Assembly (NCBI GenBank): GCA_977018835.1
Contig: OZ361257.1
Location: 1,984,001 to 2,048,000, forward strand
Length of the DNA stretch: 64,000 nucleotides
Direction of reading: 5' to 3'
From: Minutocellus sp. GHC0000111
Lineage: Eukaryota
The notes beneath the pieces are model-generated. The model saw only the letters and a program-made list of their open reading frames with translations, did not search any database and was not told where the DNA came from. Below, piece by piece: positions 12,983 through 24,500 of this stretch. A program made the translations under genes and the position numbers. How positions within the stretch are numbered: position 1 is the stretch's first letter; each line of letters begins with the position of its first letter.

Positions 12983-13015
<33 letters not shown>
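12983..13015. repeat. (TAGT)n microsatellite, about 8 units, overlapping the stop codon of the HA-repeat gene
   Basis: Direct reading: tagttagttagt... Confidence 0.9.
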
Positions 13016-14491
13016 GCCATAAAACTCAAAGAAACCGATGCTCTCGAGATCCTTTCTTCTCTCCTCGTCCATCTTCGTTTTCTCCCCTCTGACATATTTA
13101 TCATACTCCTTCTTTTGTGTGATGGCCCATCTGTAAAGCACCGGGTGCTTCGCTCGAGGGATAGGAATGACGCCATTCTCATCGTAGAAGTCACGCAGCT
13201 CGCCCAGGCGTTTCTTCCATTGGTATGTCATCTTTGATCTCCACTCAAATCCGATACCGTCAAGCCTTTCAATTCTATCTTCGGTAATCCCTGTCATCTT
13301 TCCTTCTTTCAACTTCCTATATTCTCGACGCTGTACTGATACCCACCAAAAAAGTTCCTGATCTTCCCAAGATGACGGAACGTCTGTGTGGCCATGAGCT
13401 GCTTTGAACTCAATCAGGGTGGAGAACTTTTCTTCCCAAGCGGCTTCTTGGGCATCCCAAACAAAACCAATCCGGTTGAGTTTATCGATTCGGTCGTCCG
13501 TGAGTTGCGAGTGCTTCCCTTTTTGCAGTAGTCGATATTCTCTTCGCTGCGTGTTGACCCACACTGCAAGTTCGCGATATTTGTTGGCACTGTCCACACG
13601 TGCATCCGTCGGCACAAGAGTATCTCCATGCTGCTCTTTGTAGGCGACCAATTCATCGTAGCGTTCATCCCACTCACGCCGATCGCGCAGTCTCCACTCG
13701 AAACCGGTTTCATTGAGAGCCTCGATTCGTTCTTTCGTAATTCCGGGCCTTTGTTTCCAATTTTCATCGATTAATCTGTCGTAATAATCTCGCTGATTCA
13801 TTACCCAAATTGCCAGCTGTGGATTCGCCTTGTACTTATGCGGCACATTGCAATCGCCATGCGCTTCTTTATACTCTTTGAGCTCACCGACGCGCTTCCA
13901 CCATCTGTTGTCATCTAGCTCGCGCCCTCCTCTGACCCATTCGGCTGCCCCGCCTTTCGGCCTCGCCCATTCAAACCCAATCTTCTCCAACGCCTCAACC
14001 CGCTGGGAGCTTAAATGTTTTTTCCTGTAAAATGTCCGTTGAGTGCTAACCCACGTAACAAGCTGTGGATTCGCCTTGTACTTATGCGGCACAATGCAAT
14101 CACCATGCTCTCGCTTGTATTCCTCGAGCTCTTCAAATCGTGCCCACCATTTCTCGTCGCGCTTCGTCAGCACCTTACCCGATGCTTCCAACTCGGCAAG
14201 AAACGCTTGTGCATGGGATGAGGCTACTACTGAGCCATCATCGGATGAAGAAGACGCACATAGGTCCGATATGCCCCCCATAGCAGTTGCCTCATCGTGC
14301 TGACATGATGATTTGTTCAGTACTATTCGTGCATCCCTTTTCAGCACTGGTAGTGGCGGTGGCCGGGAGTTTTCTGGCGTCGGTGCAAAGGCCGAGCAAT
14401 GGCCAAGGTGGAGTTTCAGCACCCCCGCCAGCACAATCGACGCAAACCAATAGCAATGCGTGCTGGTGCAAAATCCCATCCCCGTTGTCAT
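13010..14491 (-). CDS. Helicase-associated (HA) domain repeat protein (5 repeats) with bipartite plastid presequence
   Basis: Repeats of W..RF.EL..YK..HGDC.VP...L..WV..QR...RI..L..IGFEW. The signal peptide ends CSA-FAP. Confidence 0.88.
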
Positions 14492-14919
14492 CGTTTCCCC
14501 AGCCGGTGCAGAACTTTTCCACGGCTACATGTATGGTGTGGTAGAGGTGACGGCCGATACGATGACGGCCATGCTATGCATGCGATGCATGCGCGCGGCA
14601 AAGCAGCCAAAGGTCAAAGATGCAGAGATCGGCGGACAGACGAAAAACGATTTTTCGTCCGTCCGTCGCACAACCGCAGACATTCCCGACGCGCCAGGTC
14701 AGAACAGTCAACTCAGCTCATCGACCAAAGGCAGGCAGAGCGTCGGTACAGGAACCTGTGAGGGCCAAAGCATCGAAGTGATAGCACTGAGCAGGGGGAG
14801 GCCAATATCCCGTTTCGTTTTTCTTTTCTCGCATTCGTTCCGTGCGCGAAGCTTTTTTCACGAAATCATCTCATCTCACCAAAATAGCCAAACTCGTCAA
14901 CATCAGGCAGAGAAATCAG

Positions 14920-15849
14920 ATGTCAAGAGCAATGACATCCTCCCTCCTGCCATCGTGCTTGGTCCTGCTGCTGGCGCCGCAGTGCAACGCTGCATTTGCT
15001 TTTCAATCGGCGTCGCATGGAAATGCCATGGCACATAATTCTGTGAAAAGCAGCGCACTTTACGTAGTGCAAGAGCGACCGACCAGCGATGCCCAGCAAA
15101 AGTCCAAACGGGAAACCAGCAATGCCAAAAACAATAACGCCAGCAATAACAGCAAGAGGCACAAGTTCACCGAGGTCGAACGGCTCAAGTTTCGGGTTTC
15201 GCAGCTCAAGGGCAACATGGTGGAGAGCGAGCTGCGCGCCACGGCCGCCGAGAGGCGCGTGGCGATGCTCCAGGAGGAGCTCAAGGTGGCGCAGCAGTCG
15301 GCAGCGGATGGTGGAGTCACCGAGGATAGTATCAGCACCGAAGGCCTCGTCGATGCCGAAGAGGCGGCCGCCAAGGAGGCAGCTCTCACCGCGCAGATTG
15401 CCGAAATGCAATCGCAGCTTGATGCCGCCGAGGCGCAGCGCAGACAGGTTCAGATGGACAACGACCAGCTGCGTCAAAGCGTGGCCGAGATGAGTGATCT
15501 GCATCGGCGGCTGTCTGAGGCCGAGACCAAGGTGCAGCAAAAGACGCAGTATGCCGAAGCCACCTCGACCGAACTGGAACGGCTCCGTACGGAAATGATT
15601 GATACTATCGCCCGCACCAAGGCGGCATCCCACAAAGTCCAGCAGGAACTGAAGGAGGAGTTGGCAACGGTGCAAAAGGACGCACAAAACGAGCAGACTC
15701 GTCTCATCGAAGAGAAGGAGGTGGCGGTAGCGGCCCTTGATCGGAAGATTGCTCACTACAAGAAGGAGAGGGAGAGTGTGCGGAAGCTCGCCAAGAGGTT
15801 GGTCGTGACGGCGGGAAGGAAAATTGCCAAGCCGTTCCGTCGCTCGTGA
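14920..15849 (+). CDS. Coiled-coil protein with likely plastid presequence
   Basis: Hydrophobic leader ending NAAFAF, then a long E/K/Q/A heptad-rich region; high GC3. Confidence 0.7.
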   Translation: MSRAMTSSLLPSCLVLLLAPQCNAAFAFQSASHGNAMAHNSVKSSALYVVQERPTSDAQQKSKRETSNAKNNNASNNSKRHKFTEVERLKFRVSQLKGNMVESELRATAAERRVAMLQEELKVAQQSAADGGVTEDSISTEGLVDAEEAAAKEAALTAQIAEMQSQLDAAEAQRRQVQMDNDQLRQSVAEMSDLHRRLSEAETKVQQKTQYAEATSTELERLRTEMIDTIARTKAASHKVQQELKEELATVQKDAQNEQTRLIEEKEVAVAALDRKIAHYKKERESVRKLAKRLVVTAGRKIAKPFRRS

Positions 15850-16066
15850 ATAAATCAATTTTGCCCAATGGAATATAGCATGTTTATAAGAGAGAAAACC
15901 CCGCTTGGAAGCTACAAATAATATCGAGAAAGAAAAGAGTAGTATAATTCGAGTCGTTGTATTTCTTTATCACATTTATATATCTATAACTTCTTTCAAC
16001 AAATAATAATATTGAGCGGTATCTCTTTTCGCTCTAGCTAACTCTATTTTCTTCTTCTCATTCTGT

Positions 16067-19000
16067 TCATGAGGACTTTCCCTTGGCTTCTCCAGCCGCC
16101 GCGGCAAGGCCAAGGGAACTGTTGATGCGTTTCATTGGCTTGGTAGACGAGGAGATGCTGGTCTCGACGCCCTTGGGTGTCTTGATGCCGGCCGCGCTCT
16201 TCTTGTAGGGGAGCATCTTCTTCTTGGCCGAGGAGGTTTCCGACGAGAGGGATGATACGGATGCTACTCTCGGAATGCTGTTCTTACTAGACGAAGCTCC
16301 GCCGCCTCTTCTCGAACCGCCGCCGCCTCGGTTGGGAGTTGACATGACACTACCAGGCGAGCACGGCTCTCGGCTGGCTTCACTGTTGGCCGGCGAGCGG
16401 CCCTTGACACGACGTCCGGCACGAGTGCCACGGGCCCGGCGTTTGCTACCGCCTGGATTGCGGCCTTCAGAGGATTTGCCAGTCGCACTGCGAGGGGCGA
16501 CCAGTTTCCACTCGTCGTCGTCCTCGGCCCTGGCAGGGTGTCGGCGAGGCCCTTCATCGGCGTTGAATGTAGCGCGGCGGGTATTGAACGCCGCCCTTCT
16601 CATCGGAGGAGGAGGAGTCACAGGCTCGGCAGTGGCAGTACCAGCCGACGCACCAGCACGAGTGAGCGTACCACCGCCGGTGGCTCGATCGTTCTGACGA
16701 ATCATCTTGGCCTTGAGACGATCGTTCTCTGCGCGAAGCCTGGCAAGCTGAGTCTCCTGAACAGACTTCTTCTCATCAACCTGCTCTTGGAGCTTCTCAA
16801 CTTGTTTTCTCAGATACTCGTTATCCTTTGTAAGCTTTCTCTTGGCATCAAATGCCTGTTTCTTCTCGCGAGTAGCCTGGAAAAGCATATCTTTCTTGGC
16901 CTTCAACGTTTGTGCATTGTTCTGCTTGAGGGCATCATACGAAAGGGACAAAGAAGCGTGCTGGGACTGAAGGGTCTGGTGGGAAAGCTTGAGCTCATCA
17001 AGGTCGGTCCGAAGAAGAAAGTTCTTGCTGCGGAGCTCAAATACTTCTTTCTTCAGAACACCGATCATGGCAAGACTGTCATCCATGAGCTGCTTATCGA
17101 TACCACTGGCAGCGGCGCGGGCAAGAGACGACTTGGGCTGCTCGGCAACTTCTTCCTTGGGCTCCTGGGCGGCCTTTTCGGATACCTCGCTGACCTCCTC
17201 CTCCTTCTCGGATTCCTCGACATCGGCGGAAGGCTCCTTCGACACAACCTGTACAACGCCACCATTGGCCTTGAGCAACTTCATCTCGGCCTCGGCAAGG
17301 CGCTTCTGGAGGGCAGCAATCTTCTTGTTGACGACCGCCTCTTCCTTGGCTTCCTTGAGCGCAACGCGATATTTCGGCCTCTGGATCGAACCTCGAGCAA
17401 TCTTTTGGATGGTAATGGCAGATGATCGGCACGATTTGCAGTTCTCGCGAGCGACCATGGCCCGGTACTGGGCCTGAAGTATCGTACTGGCCCTCTCGCG
17501 ACGGAGACGGACGAGCTCAACCTTGGCATTGACACAACGCACCCAGCAGGAAATTGCAGTGGCAGCGCCCTTCTTTTCAACAAATCGAGATCGAGCAATG
17601 TGGCATCTCACAACGGACTGGAGGGCAATGGCACAGTCCTTCTTGTATAGGAATTCCGACCTGGCAAGGAAGCCCCGGACGATGCGCTCGATTTCGACAG
17701 CATAGACACCGAGGGCCTTGAGACGGCCTGCCTCCAAGTACTCGAGAGCACCTTGGCGGAAGTATACCCTCGACTTGCCAACTGCAAATGCCTTGGTGAC
17801 GGTGCCATCCTCGGCACTGGTCTCCATACCCTTGAGGACTTCGTCAAGGAGCTTCTCCACGGCCTCGCGGTCCTCGGCACCATCCTGAGAGTTGTCCTCC
17901 TTCTTCTCCTCATCGTCGGACTCACTATCGCTATCTTCGTTGCTTGCAATCGCCGAGAGACAGGAGAAGCGCTCCAAGGCAGTGGAGTGCATAAGGCGGT
18001 TCGGAAAGGCAGCGCGGGACACGTTGACGGCAGCGACAACACCAGCACACCGAAGCTGCTCGGTCGACGATAGAAGGTCGACCTCCAGAGGCTTCTTCCG
18101 AGGGTTGGGCTTGATACAACGGACGTATCGGGTCTTGGTCTGGCCAATGTTGTTCATGAGCGACGACAGCTGGGATCGGAAGGTCGTACTGACCGTCACC
18201 GCGGAGGAACGACCTCGGCCGGGCTTGGTAGCGGCCTCCTGCTCGGCCTTGGACTTGGTGGCATTCAAAAACTCCCCGGAGATGAGCTCGTTGTCGCTCT
18301 TGGTGGCGCATCCGACCAAATCGCGGGGCAGAGTGTCGGTATTCTTGGTGACAAAGTTGGTGGCATCGTACTTGACGGCACCGGCGTAGTGCTGGATGGC
18401 AAATTCGGTCGGCTTGTGGAGCCGATCGTCGACGAGAGGGGCGGCGTCCTTGTTGATCGTCTTGATCTTGGAAACGAACGAGGTGTCGTTGCCGTTGGGA
18501 CGGACGCACTCCTCGTTCAGCACGGCGATGATGCCCACCTTGCCCTCGATGACGCCCAAAACGTCGGCATTGTCCTGGTACTCCAAATCGCCGAGGGAGA
18601 TGCCCTCGTACTCGTACTCCTCCTGGACACTGCTGAACACGTCCAGGGTGTACTTCTGCTGGAGCTTCTCGTTGGCGGAGTTGATGCAAAGCTGCTCGAA
18701 CCGATTGACCTGGAAGCTCTCAAAGCCAAAGATGTCGAGCAGACCAATAATACCAAAGTCCTCCACCTCGTCGGCGTGGCCATAGTTTTCTTCCGCGCAC
18801 GTCGCCGCGTTGATGGCCTCGACGAGCCAGTTGAACGACTTGGAGTAGATCTCCTTGGCGAAGGCGTCGCACCCGTCCCGGGCGGCATCGGCCCGCAGGG
18901 GGACGGTGTAGCTGTCGGCGCCCCGCCCGCCGGCCGTGATGGTCCGGTACGTCAGGCTCTGGGTGATGTCGTCCACGTCCACGCCCATGAGGGATGCCAA

Positions 19001-20293
19001 CTTGGTCAGTTCGTCTGCCGAGGAGATGATCGACCCATCCTCGTTTTCGGGATCGACGGCAAAGGTGAGGTTGCCCAGCTGCAGCACCACGCACATGGAC
19101 CGCATGAGGGTGCGCATCTTGTCCCCCGCCACGCCAATGGTTTCGAGGGCCTCGACCGTGTGCTGCCACTTTTCTCCGTCGGTCTTGCCCTCGATGGTGG
19201 TGGTACCATCGGCACTGGCACCGACGTACCGAAATTCCGTGCCCTGACAATCCATCAACCCGTCCCATATGGCCGCCTTGGCATCCTGCGGGGCCGCCAG
19301 CAGCTGGTAGAAGACGTGGTAGTTGCGCTCCCCGGCCTCGTGTCCGACGACGCGGCTTTTTTCCAACAGGTAGGTTTCGCAGAACGATCCCGCGAGAAGG
19401 CAGGTGGGGACGGCCCTCCCCTGGTAGGCCGCCTGGGTGGCATCCTCGACGTCGAACTGCAGTCGGATGTACTTGCCGAATCGGGAGGAGTTGTCGTTCC
19501 GGACGGTCTTGGCGTTGCCGAACGCTTCCAGCAGGGGGTTGGAATCCAGCACGCGTCGGACGACGGCATTGTCGCGGGGATGGTGGCTAATGTGTTCGCC
19601 GGGGGCGGTATTGGGCGCACCGTCGGGGGTGGCGGCGGCATCCTCCGCGGCCGAGGTTTGGATGCTGGCCAGGTGGCTCATGATGATCTTGACGGTTTCG
19701 GTCTTGCCGGCTCCGCTCTCGCCGGTGACCAGGATGGATTGGTGGGTGTCGTCCACGGCCAGGCCGCGGTAGGCCGACGAGGAGGTTTCGTAGACGTGCG
19801 GGGCCAGGCCGGCCTTGGGATCGTCCCCGGCAGATCCACTTCCACCAGTGTTGCCCTCGCGCCACACGAGCCTGTCGACGTACTGCTCCCTCACGTCATC
19901 GGCGTACAGCCCCTGCAGCCACTGGAAGGGATTCATGGCAATGATGATGTCGCCCACGCGCGTGTAGGGCAGGCACCGATGATGGCGGGCCCGCAGATTG
20001 AACAGGATGGCCGCCTCGTGCAGGCTGGGGAGGTCGCACATGTCGTCCCGGATGATGGGCCGGCCGTTCTCGTCGACGTTTTGCAGCGGCAGGGTTTGGG
20101 AGTCGTAGGATGCGAGGTCGACGTCGCGTTCTTCGGTGGAATTGTCCATGGAGGTGCCACCAGAGGAGGAGGGGATGGTCACGACGACCTTGGCGGTTTG
20201 CTTGGCAGTGTCGTACGACAGGACGTTGGCGGGAAGCCAGCCGTGAGCATCGTCGCGGACGTACACGCACGTGCTGGATTGGGAGGTGGACAT
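16067..20293 (-). CDS. Myosin heavy chain (motor, IQ motifs, coiled coil, disordered tail)
   Basis: P-loop GESGAGKTE, LEAFGNAKTVRNDNSSRFGK, LLDIFGFE, YVRCIKPN, QLRCAGV, several IQ-like motifs; intronless 1408 aa. Confidence 0.97.
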   Translation of the reverse strand: MSTSQSSTCVYVRDDAHGWLPANVLSYDTAKQTAKVVVTIPSSSGGTSMDNSTEERDVDLASYDSQTLPLQNVDENGRPIIRDDMCDLPSLHEAAILFNLRARHHRCLPYTRVGDIIIAMNPFQWLQGLYADDVREQYVDRLVWREGNTGGSGSAGDDPKAGLAPHVYETSSSAYRGLAVDDTHQSILVTGESGAGKTETVKIIMSHLASIQTSAAEDAAATPDGAPNTAPGEHISHHPRDNAVVRRVLDSNPLLEAFGNAKTVRNDNSSRFGKYIRLQFDVEDATQAAYQGRAVPTCLLAGSFCETYLLEKSRVVGHEAGERNYHVFYQLLAAPQDAKAAIWDGLMDCQGTEFRYVGASADGTTTIEGKTDGEKWQHTVEALETIGVAGDKMRTLMRSMCVVLQLGNLTFAVDPENEDGSIISSADELTKLASLMGVDVDDITQSLTYRTITAGGRGADSYTVPLRADAARDGCDAFAKEIYSKSFNWLVEAINAATCAEENYGHADEVEDFGIIGLLDIFGFESFQVNRFEQLCINSANEKLQQKYTLDVFSSVQEEYEYEGISLGDLEYQDNADVLGVIEGKVGIIAVLNEECVRPNGNDTSFVSKIKTINKDAAPLVDDRLHKPTEFAIQHYAGAVKYDATNFVTKNTDTLPRDLVGCATKSDNELISGEFLNATKSKAEQEAATKPGRGRSSAVTVSTTFRSQLSSLMNNIGQTKTRYVRCIKPNPRKKPLEVDLLSSTEQLRCAGVVAAVNVSRAAFPNRLMHSTALERFSCLSAIASNEDSDSESDDEEKKEDNSQDGAEDREAVEKLLDEVLKGMETSAEDGTVTKAFAVGKSRVYFRQGALEYLEAGRLKALGVYAVEIERIVRGFLARSEFLYKKDCAIALQSVVRCHIARSRFVEKKGAATAISCWVRCVNAKVELVRLRRERASTILQAQYRAMVARENCKSCRSSAITIQKIARGSIQRPKYRVALKEAKEEAVVNKKIAALQKRLAEAEMKLLKANGGVVQVVSKEPSADVEESEKEEEVSEVSEKAAQEPKEEVAEQPKSSLARAAASGIDKQLMDDSLAMIGVLKKEVFELRSKNFLLRTDLDELKLSHQTLQSQHASLSLSYDALKQNNAQTLKAKKDMLFQATREKKQAFDAKRKLTKDNEYLRKQVEKLQEQVDEKKSVQETQLARLRAENDRLKAKMIRQNDRATGGGTLTRAGASAGTATAEPVTPPPPMRRAAFNTRRATFNADEGPRRHPARAEDDDEWKLVAPRSATGKSSEGRNPGGSKRRARGTRAGRRVKGRSPANSEASREPCSPGSVMSTPNRGGGGSRRGGGASSSKNSIPRVASVSSLSSETSSAKKKMLPYKKSAAGIKTPKGVETSISSSTKPMKRINSSLGLAAAAGEAKGKSS

Positions 20294-21580
20294 GTTGGTT
20301 TATGTGCTGATCGGAGACAGCGCAGTGAAGATAGATGATCCAATGAATTGTCAGTAAGTGCAAAGTAAGTGGCACTCCTTTTGGCGGGGGTTGGAATGTG
20401 GAGTCGGAACCCTCTTCGCCTTCAACTGACTGCTCCCCTTTGCTCTTTTGCTTTGCACAGAACAAATCCAAACTTACTCGTGCAGCGCAGGTCAGCCAAA
20501 AGTAGCACAAGATGTGTTGCAAAGTAAGATACGGGTCAGTTGAGAAATGGTGCAACCTGTGAAACTTCGCAGTTGGGACCTCGGTTGCTTGGGTATGAGC
20601 TTCCGCTGCTGCTGCTGCCGCGGTTGGCGTTGAATGAGGCGAACGAGTGGACGGTCGACGACCACTCCGCGCGTTTGGCGGTGTCAAACTCGTCGCTCTT
20701 TGCGCGCATTTTTGGGGAGGCGTCACTCTTTGAATGCGGTGTCTGCCACGTATTTCGTTTGTGTCAGATTTGAGAATGTCCAGACATCTCAAGATGTTTC
20801 GTTGTGACGAGTATTCCACGATTAATTAAACTCAACAATACCTTCGATGCCATGGGCGGAGGTTGGGCCTTGCCACTTCGTCGACCGAGCGAGAGGGAAG
20901 ATAGCCCACCTGACTTTCATTGATATCACTGCCATCGTTGCGTGATAAGCCGCATTCAACCTCCCGGGCCGCTGGATATTTCGATTGGGTAAGTTCGTTT
21001 CCGTTCAGTCAGGTAATTCCGAGACAAGACCATATACCATACCAGACCGCACGCACCTCTTCTCGGCGAATGAAGTTGGGGAATCCTGCGCAGCCTCCAT
21101 CGACGAAAGGGCAGGAAGCTCTTTGTATGCTTTCATTGGTTCATCGTTCATATCCATCCATGCCCTTTCTCTTCGTTCGCATTTATCTGTCTGAGTGTTA
21201 TTGGTGTGTGTTTCAGCACATAACGCACGCTCACGGAACCTCTCTCGCTCTCTCGCTCCATCTCTCCCCTCTCCTGCTTGTGCTCGGTTCGCATCGACAA
21301 CATGGCACACTCCATGCATCCCAACTGTTCCTGCCGTACAGCCTTGGGCTGATATACATCGTGAATAAATTCGTTCGGGTTCGGATATCTTCTAGATTTT
21401 CTTTCTTTCTCGTCGGGCAGAAGAAGCCTTGGACTCGAATCTCCCTGGCCGGCCGAAACGCAAAATAAAGAAAACCTCCAGGAAGGAACAAAAGCCCAGC
21501 GCGGGGGGTCATTCTTGACACCGAAGAGCGCATGCTTACAACCAACCTTACTTTGTAGGCCTACTTGAGTTGCTGCCAAC

Positions 21581-24500
21581 ATGACCTCGACCGCGGCCGA
21601 CCTGAACCGGACCAAGATGACGGCGACGCAGGCGGTCATGCGGAACGCGACGCTGTCCGAATCCGACAAGCGGCAGCACATCCAGACCATCCAGAAGCTC
21701 GCCCGAGATGCCGGGCTGGACGACGCCACCAAGATTGCACGGATGGAGGAGGTGGCGGCTTCTGCAGCTAGTGGTGGTGGTGGTGGATTGAACAAGGGCG
21801 GTAGCGGTGGTGACAATCACGAGACCGACGCCTCGTCCGACACGGGAAGTACCGGCAGCAGTTCCGCCGCCGACTCCTCGTCCTCAGTATCGTCGGCCGA
21901 CGTCGGCAAGGCCAAGATGAAGGCCACCCAGGACATTATGCGGAATACCACCCTGAACCAGGCCGAGAAGCCGGGATTGATTCGCAAGGTCCAGGCCGTG
22001 GCGGCAGATGACAGTTTGAGCAACAGTGTCAAAGTGCGACGGATGCAGAATCTGGCCGAGGGCAAGGAAGACGACGAGGGGGACGACAAAACCAATACAT
22101 CCGACGAAGGAAGCGACGCCGATGGCGGTGATGTGTCCGATGCCGACGTGGCCAAGGCCAAGATGAAGGCCACGCAGGATATCATGCGCAATACCACCCT
22201 GAATCAGGCCGAGAAGCCCCAGCTCATTCGCAAGGTGCAGGCCGTCGCGTCGGACTCTGCCCTGAGCAACGGCGCCAAGGTCAAGCAGATGCAACAGCTG
22301 GCCGAGGGCAAGGGCGATGCATCCGCTTCCTCGCCCTCCTCTTCACAACCATCGTCACCCCCCAAGGACGTGTCCGATGCCGACGTCAACAAGGCCAAGA
22401 TGGAGGCCACCCAAAAGATCATGCGCGACACGGCCCTCAACCAGGCCGAGAAGCCCAAGATGATCCGGGAGGTGCAGGCCATCTGTTCCGACGCATCGCT
22501 CGACAACGGTACCAAGGTGGATAGGATTCAAGACATACTCAACAAGGCGGAGGGCGCTCCATCGTCTGCATCAGCCTCATCTGCAGCTAAGGATGATGCA
22601 GATGTCGCCAAGAAATCAGCAGCCCCCGACGTTGGAGAGGAAGAGGAAGCCGAAGATGACGACGACGATGATGACGAACCAGTAGAAGATGTTGACCTCA
22701 CCGCCTTCAAGTCCGAGGTCATCCAGGGCCTGATCAAGAACAAGAGCATCCCGGGTGAAGAGAAGCAGACCAAGATCCGTGCCGCCCATGCCGTCGTGCT
22801 CAATCGTACGTACGATGACTTTGAGAAGATCCGGAGGCGGCGCAAGATCCAGAAGGGCAAGGACGTCGTCGAGCCGATTGGCGAATCGGTATTTGCTCCC
22901 TTGCCCGAGGCTGGCGCCATGGCGGCGGCCCCGGAGGAGGCACCAGCTCCGACGGCTGGACATGGTACCGCCGACGAGAGGCTCCGTGCCAAGATGTCCG
23001 GCGGGGCAGGTGGAGGAGGTGCTCAGGCTGGTGTGACAACCAATTCTACCGCCAACGACCGGCTTAGGGCCAAGATGCAGGGAGGTGCCGCTGCAGGAGG
23101 TGGTGCGGGTGGTGGTGCCCCGGGCGTCTCGGTTGGGCCGACTGCAAACGATCGCCTGCGAGGTAAGTTTTCCATTTTATGCTTTCACTTGTCGCCATCA
23201 GCCTTTCCTCCCTTGAATCGTATCTTACCCTGATTTGATTCTATCTCCGTCTTAAATCCACAGCCAAAATGCAAGGTGGTGGCGCCGCCGCTCCTGCTCC
23301 TGCCGCTCCTGGAGTAAGCATGGGCAGTACCGCAAACGATCGCCTCCGGGCCAAGATGCAAGGTGGTGGAGCTGCCGCCGGTGCTCCGGCACCACCTGCT
23401 CCTGGTATCTCCATGGGATCTTCTGCCAACGACCGCCTCCGAGCCAAGATGCAGCAAGGACAGGGGAGTGATGCAGCTGCAGCACCGTCGGCACCCGGCG
23501 TATCTATGGGCGGTAACTCGACTGCCAATGATCGCCTTCGAGCCAAAATGCAACAAGGTGCAGGTGGTGGTGCTGCTGCCGCGCCCGCCCCAGCTGCTCC
23601 TGGAATTACGATGGGTAGCACAGCCAACGATCGTCTTCGAGCCAAGATGCAAGGAGGCGGAGCTGCCGCCGCCGCCGGTGGCGCTGCAGCTGCTGCCGCA
23701 CCAGCTGCTCCTGGTGTGACAATGGGTGGAAATTCCACTGCAAATGATCGGCTCCGAGCAAAGATGCAGCAGGGCACAGGAGGCGGAGCTGCCACCCAAG
23801 CTCCGCATGCTCCAGGCGTGACTATGGGAGGTAATTCGACTGCCAACGACCGCCTCCGCGCAAAGATGAATCAAGGCGCCTCAGGTGCTGCTGCGGCTCC
23901 AACTCCTGCAGCTCCTGGCGTATCTATGGGCTCGTCTGCGAACGACCGGCTCAAAGCAAAGATGCAGCAAGGTGCGTCTGGCGGTGCATCTTCCGCGCCG
24001 CAGCCCGCTGCTCCTGGTGTATCAATGGGTTCATCGGCCAATGATCGTCTCAAGGCCAAAATGCAGCAGGGTGCTTCCGCCGCCGGAGGCGCTGCTCCTC
24101 AGCCAGCTGCTCCTGGCGTGTCCATGGGTTCGTCTGCTAACGACAGGCTCAAGGCCAAGATGCAGCAAGGAGCGACCGCTGGCGCTGCTGGTGCCGCAGC
24201 AGCTCAAGCCCCCGCTGCTCCTGGCGTATCAATGGGGTCTACCGCTAATGATCGTCTCAAGGCTAAGATGAACCAAGGCGCTTCCGGCAACACAGCCGCC
24301 GCTGCTCCGCAACCAGCAGGCCCAGGTGTGTCGATGGGCTCAACTGCCAATGATCGTCTCAAGGCCAAGATGAACCAGGGTTCTTCCGGTGCTCAGGCCC
24401 CAGCAGCTCCAGGTGTAACATCTGGTTCAACCGCAAACGACCGTCTTAAGGCAAAGATGAGCCAAGGCGCCACAGATGGAAGTGGCGCAGCTCCTGGTGT

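Noticed and set aside
12983..13015. Possible interstitial telomere repeat
   Set aside because: Unit is TTAG, not TTAGGG; treated as a microsatellite.
18389..20338. 649-aa ORF antisense to myosin (likewise 14923-15858 and 27515-28690)
   Set aside because: Antisense shadows of GC-rich genes.
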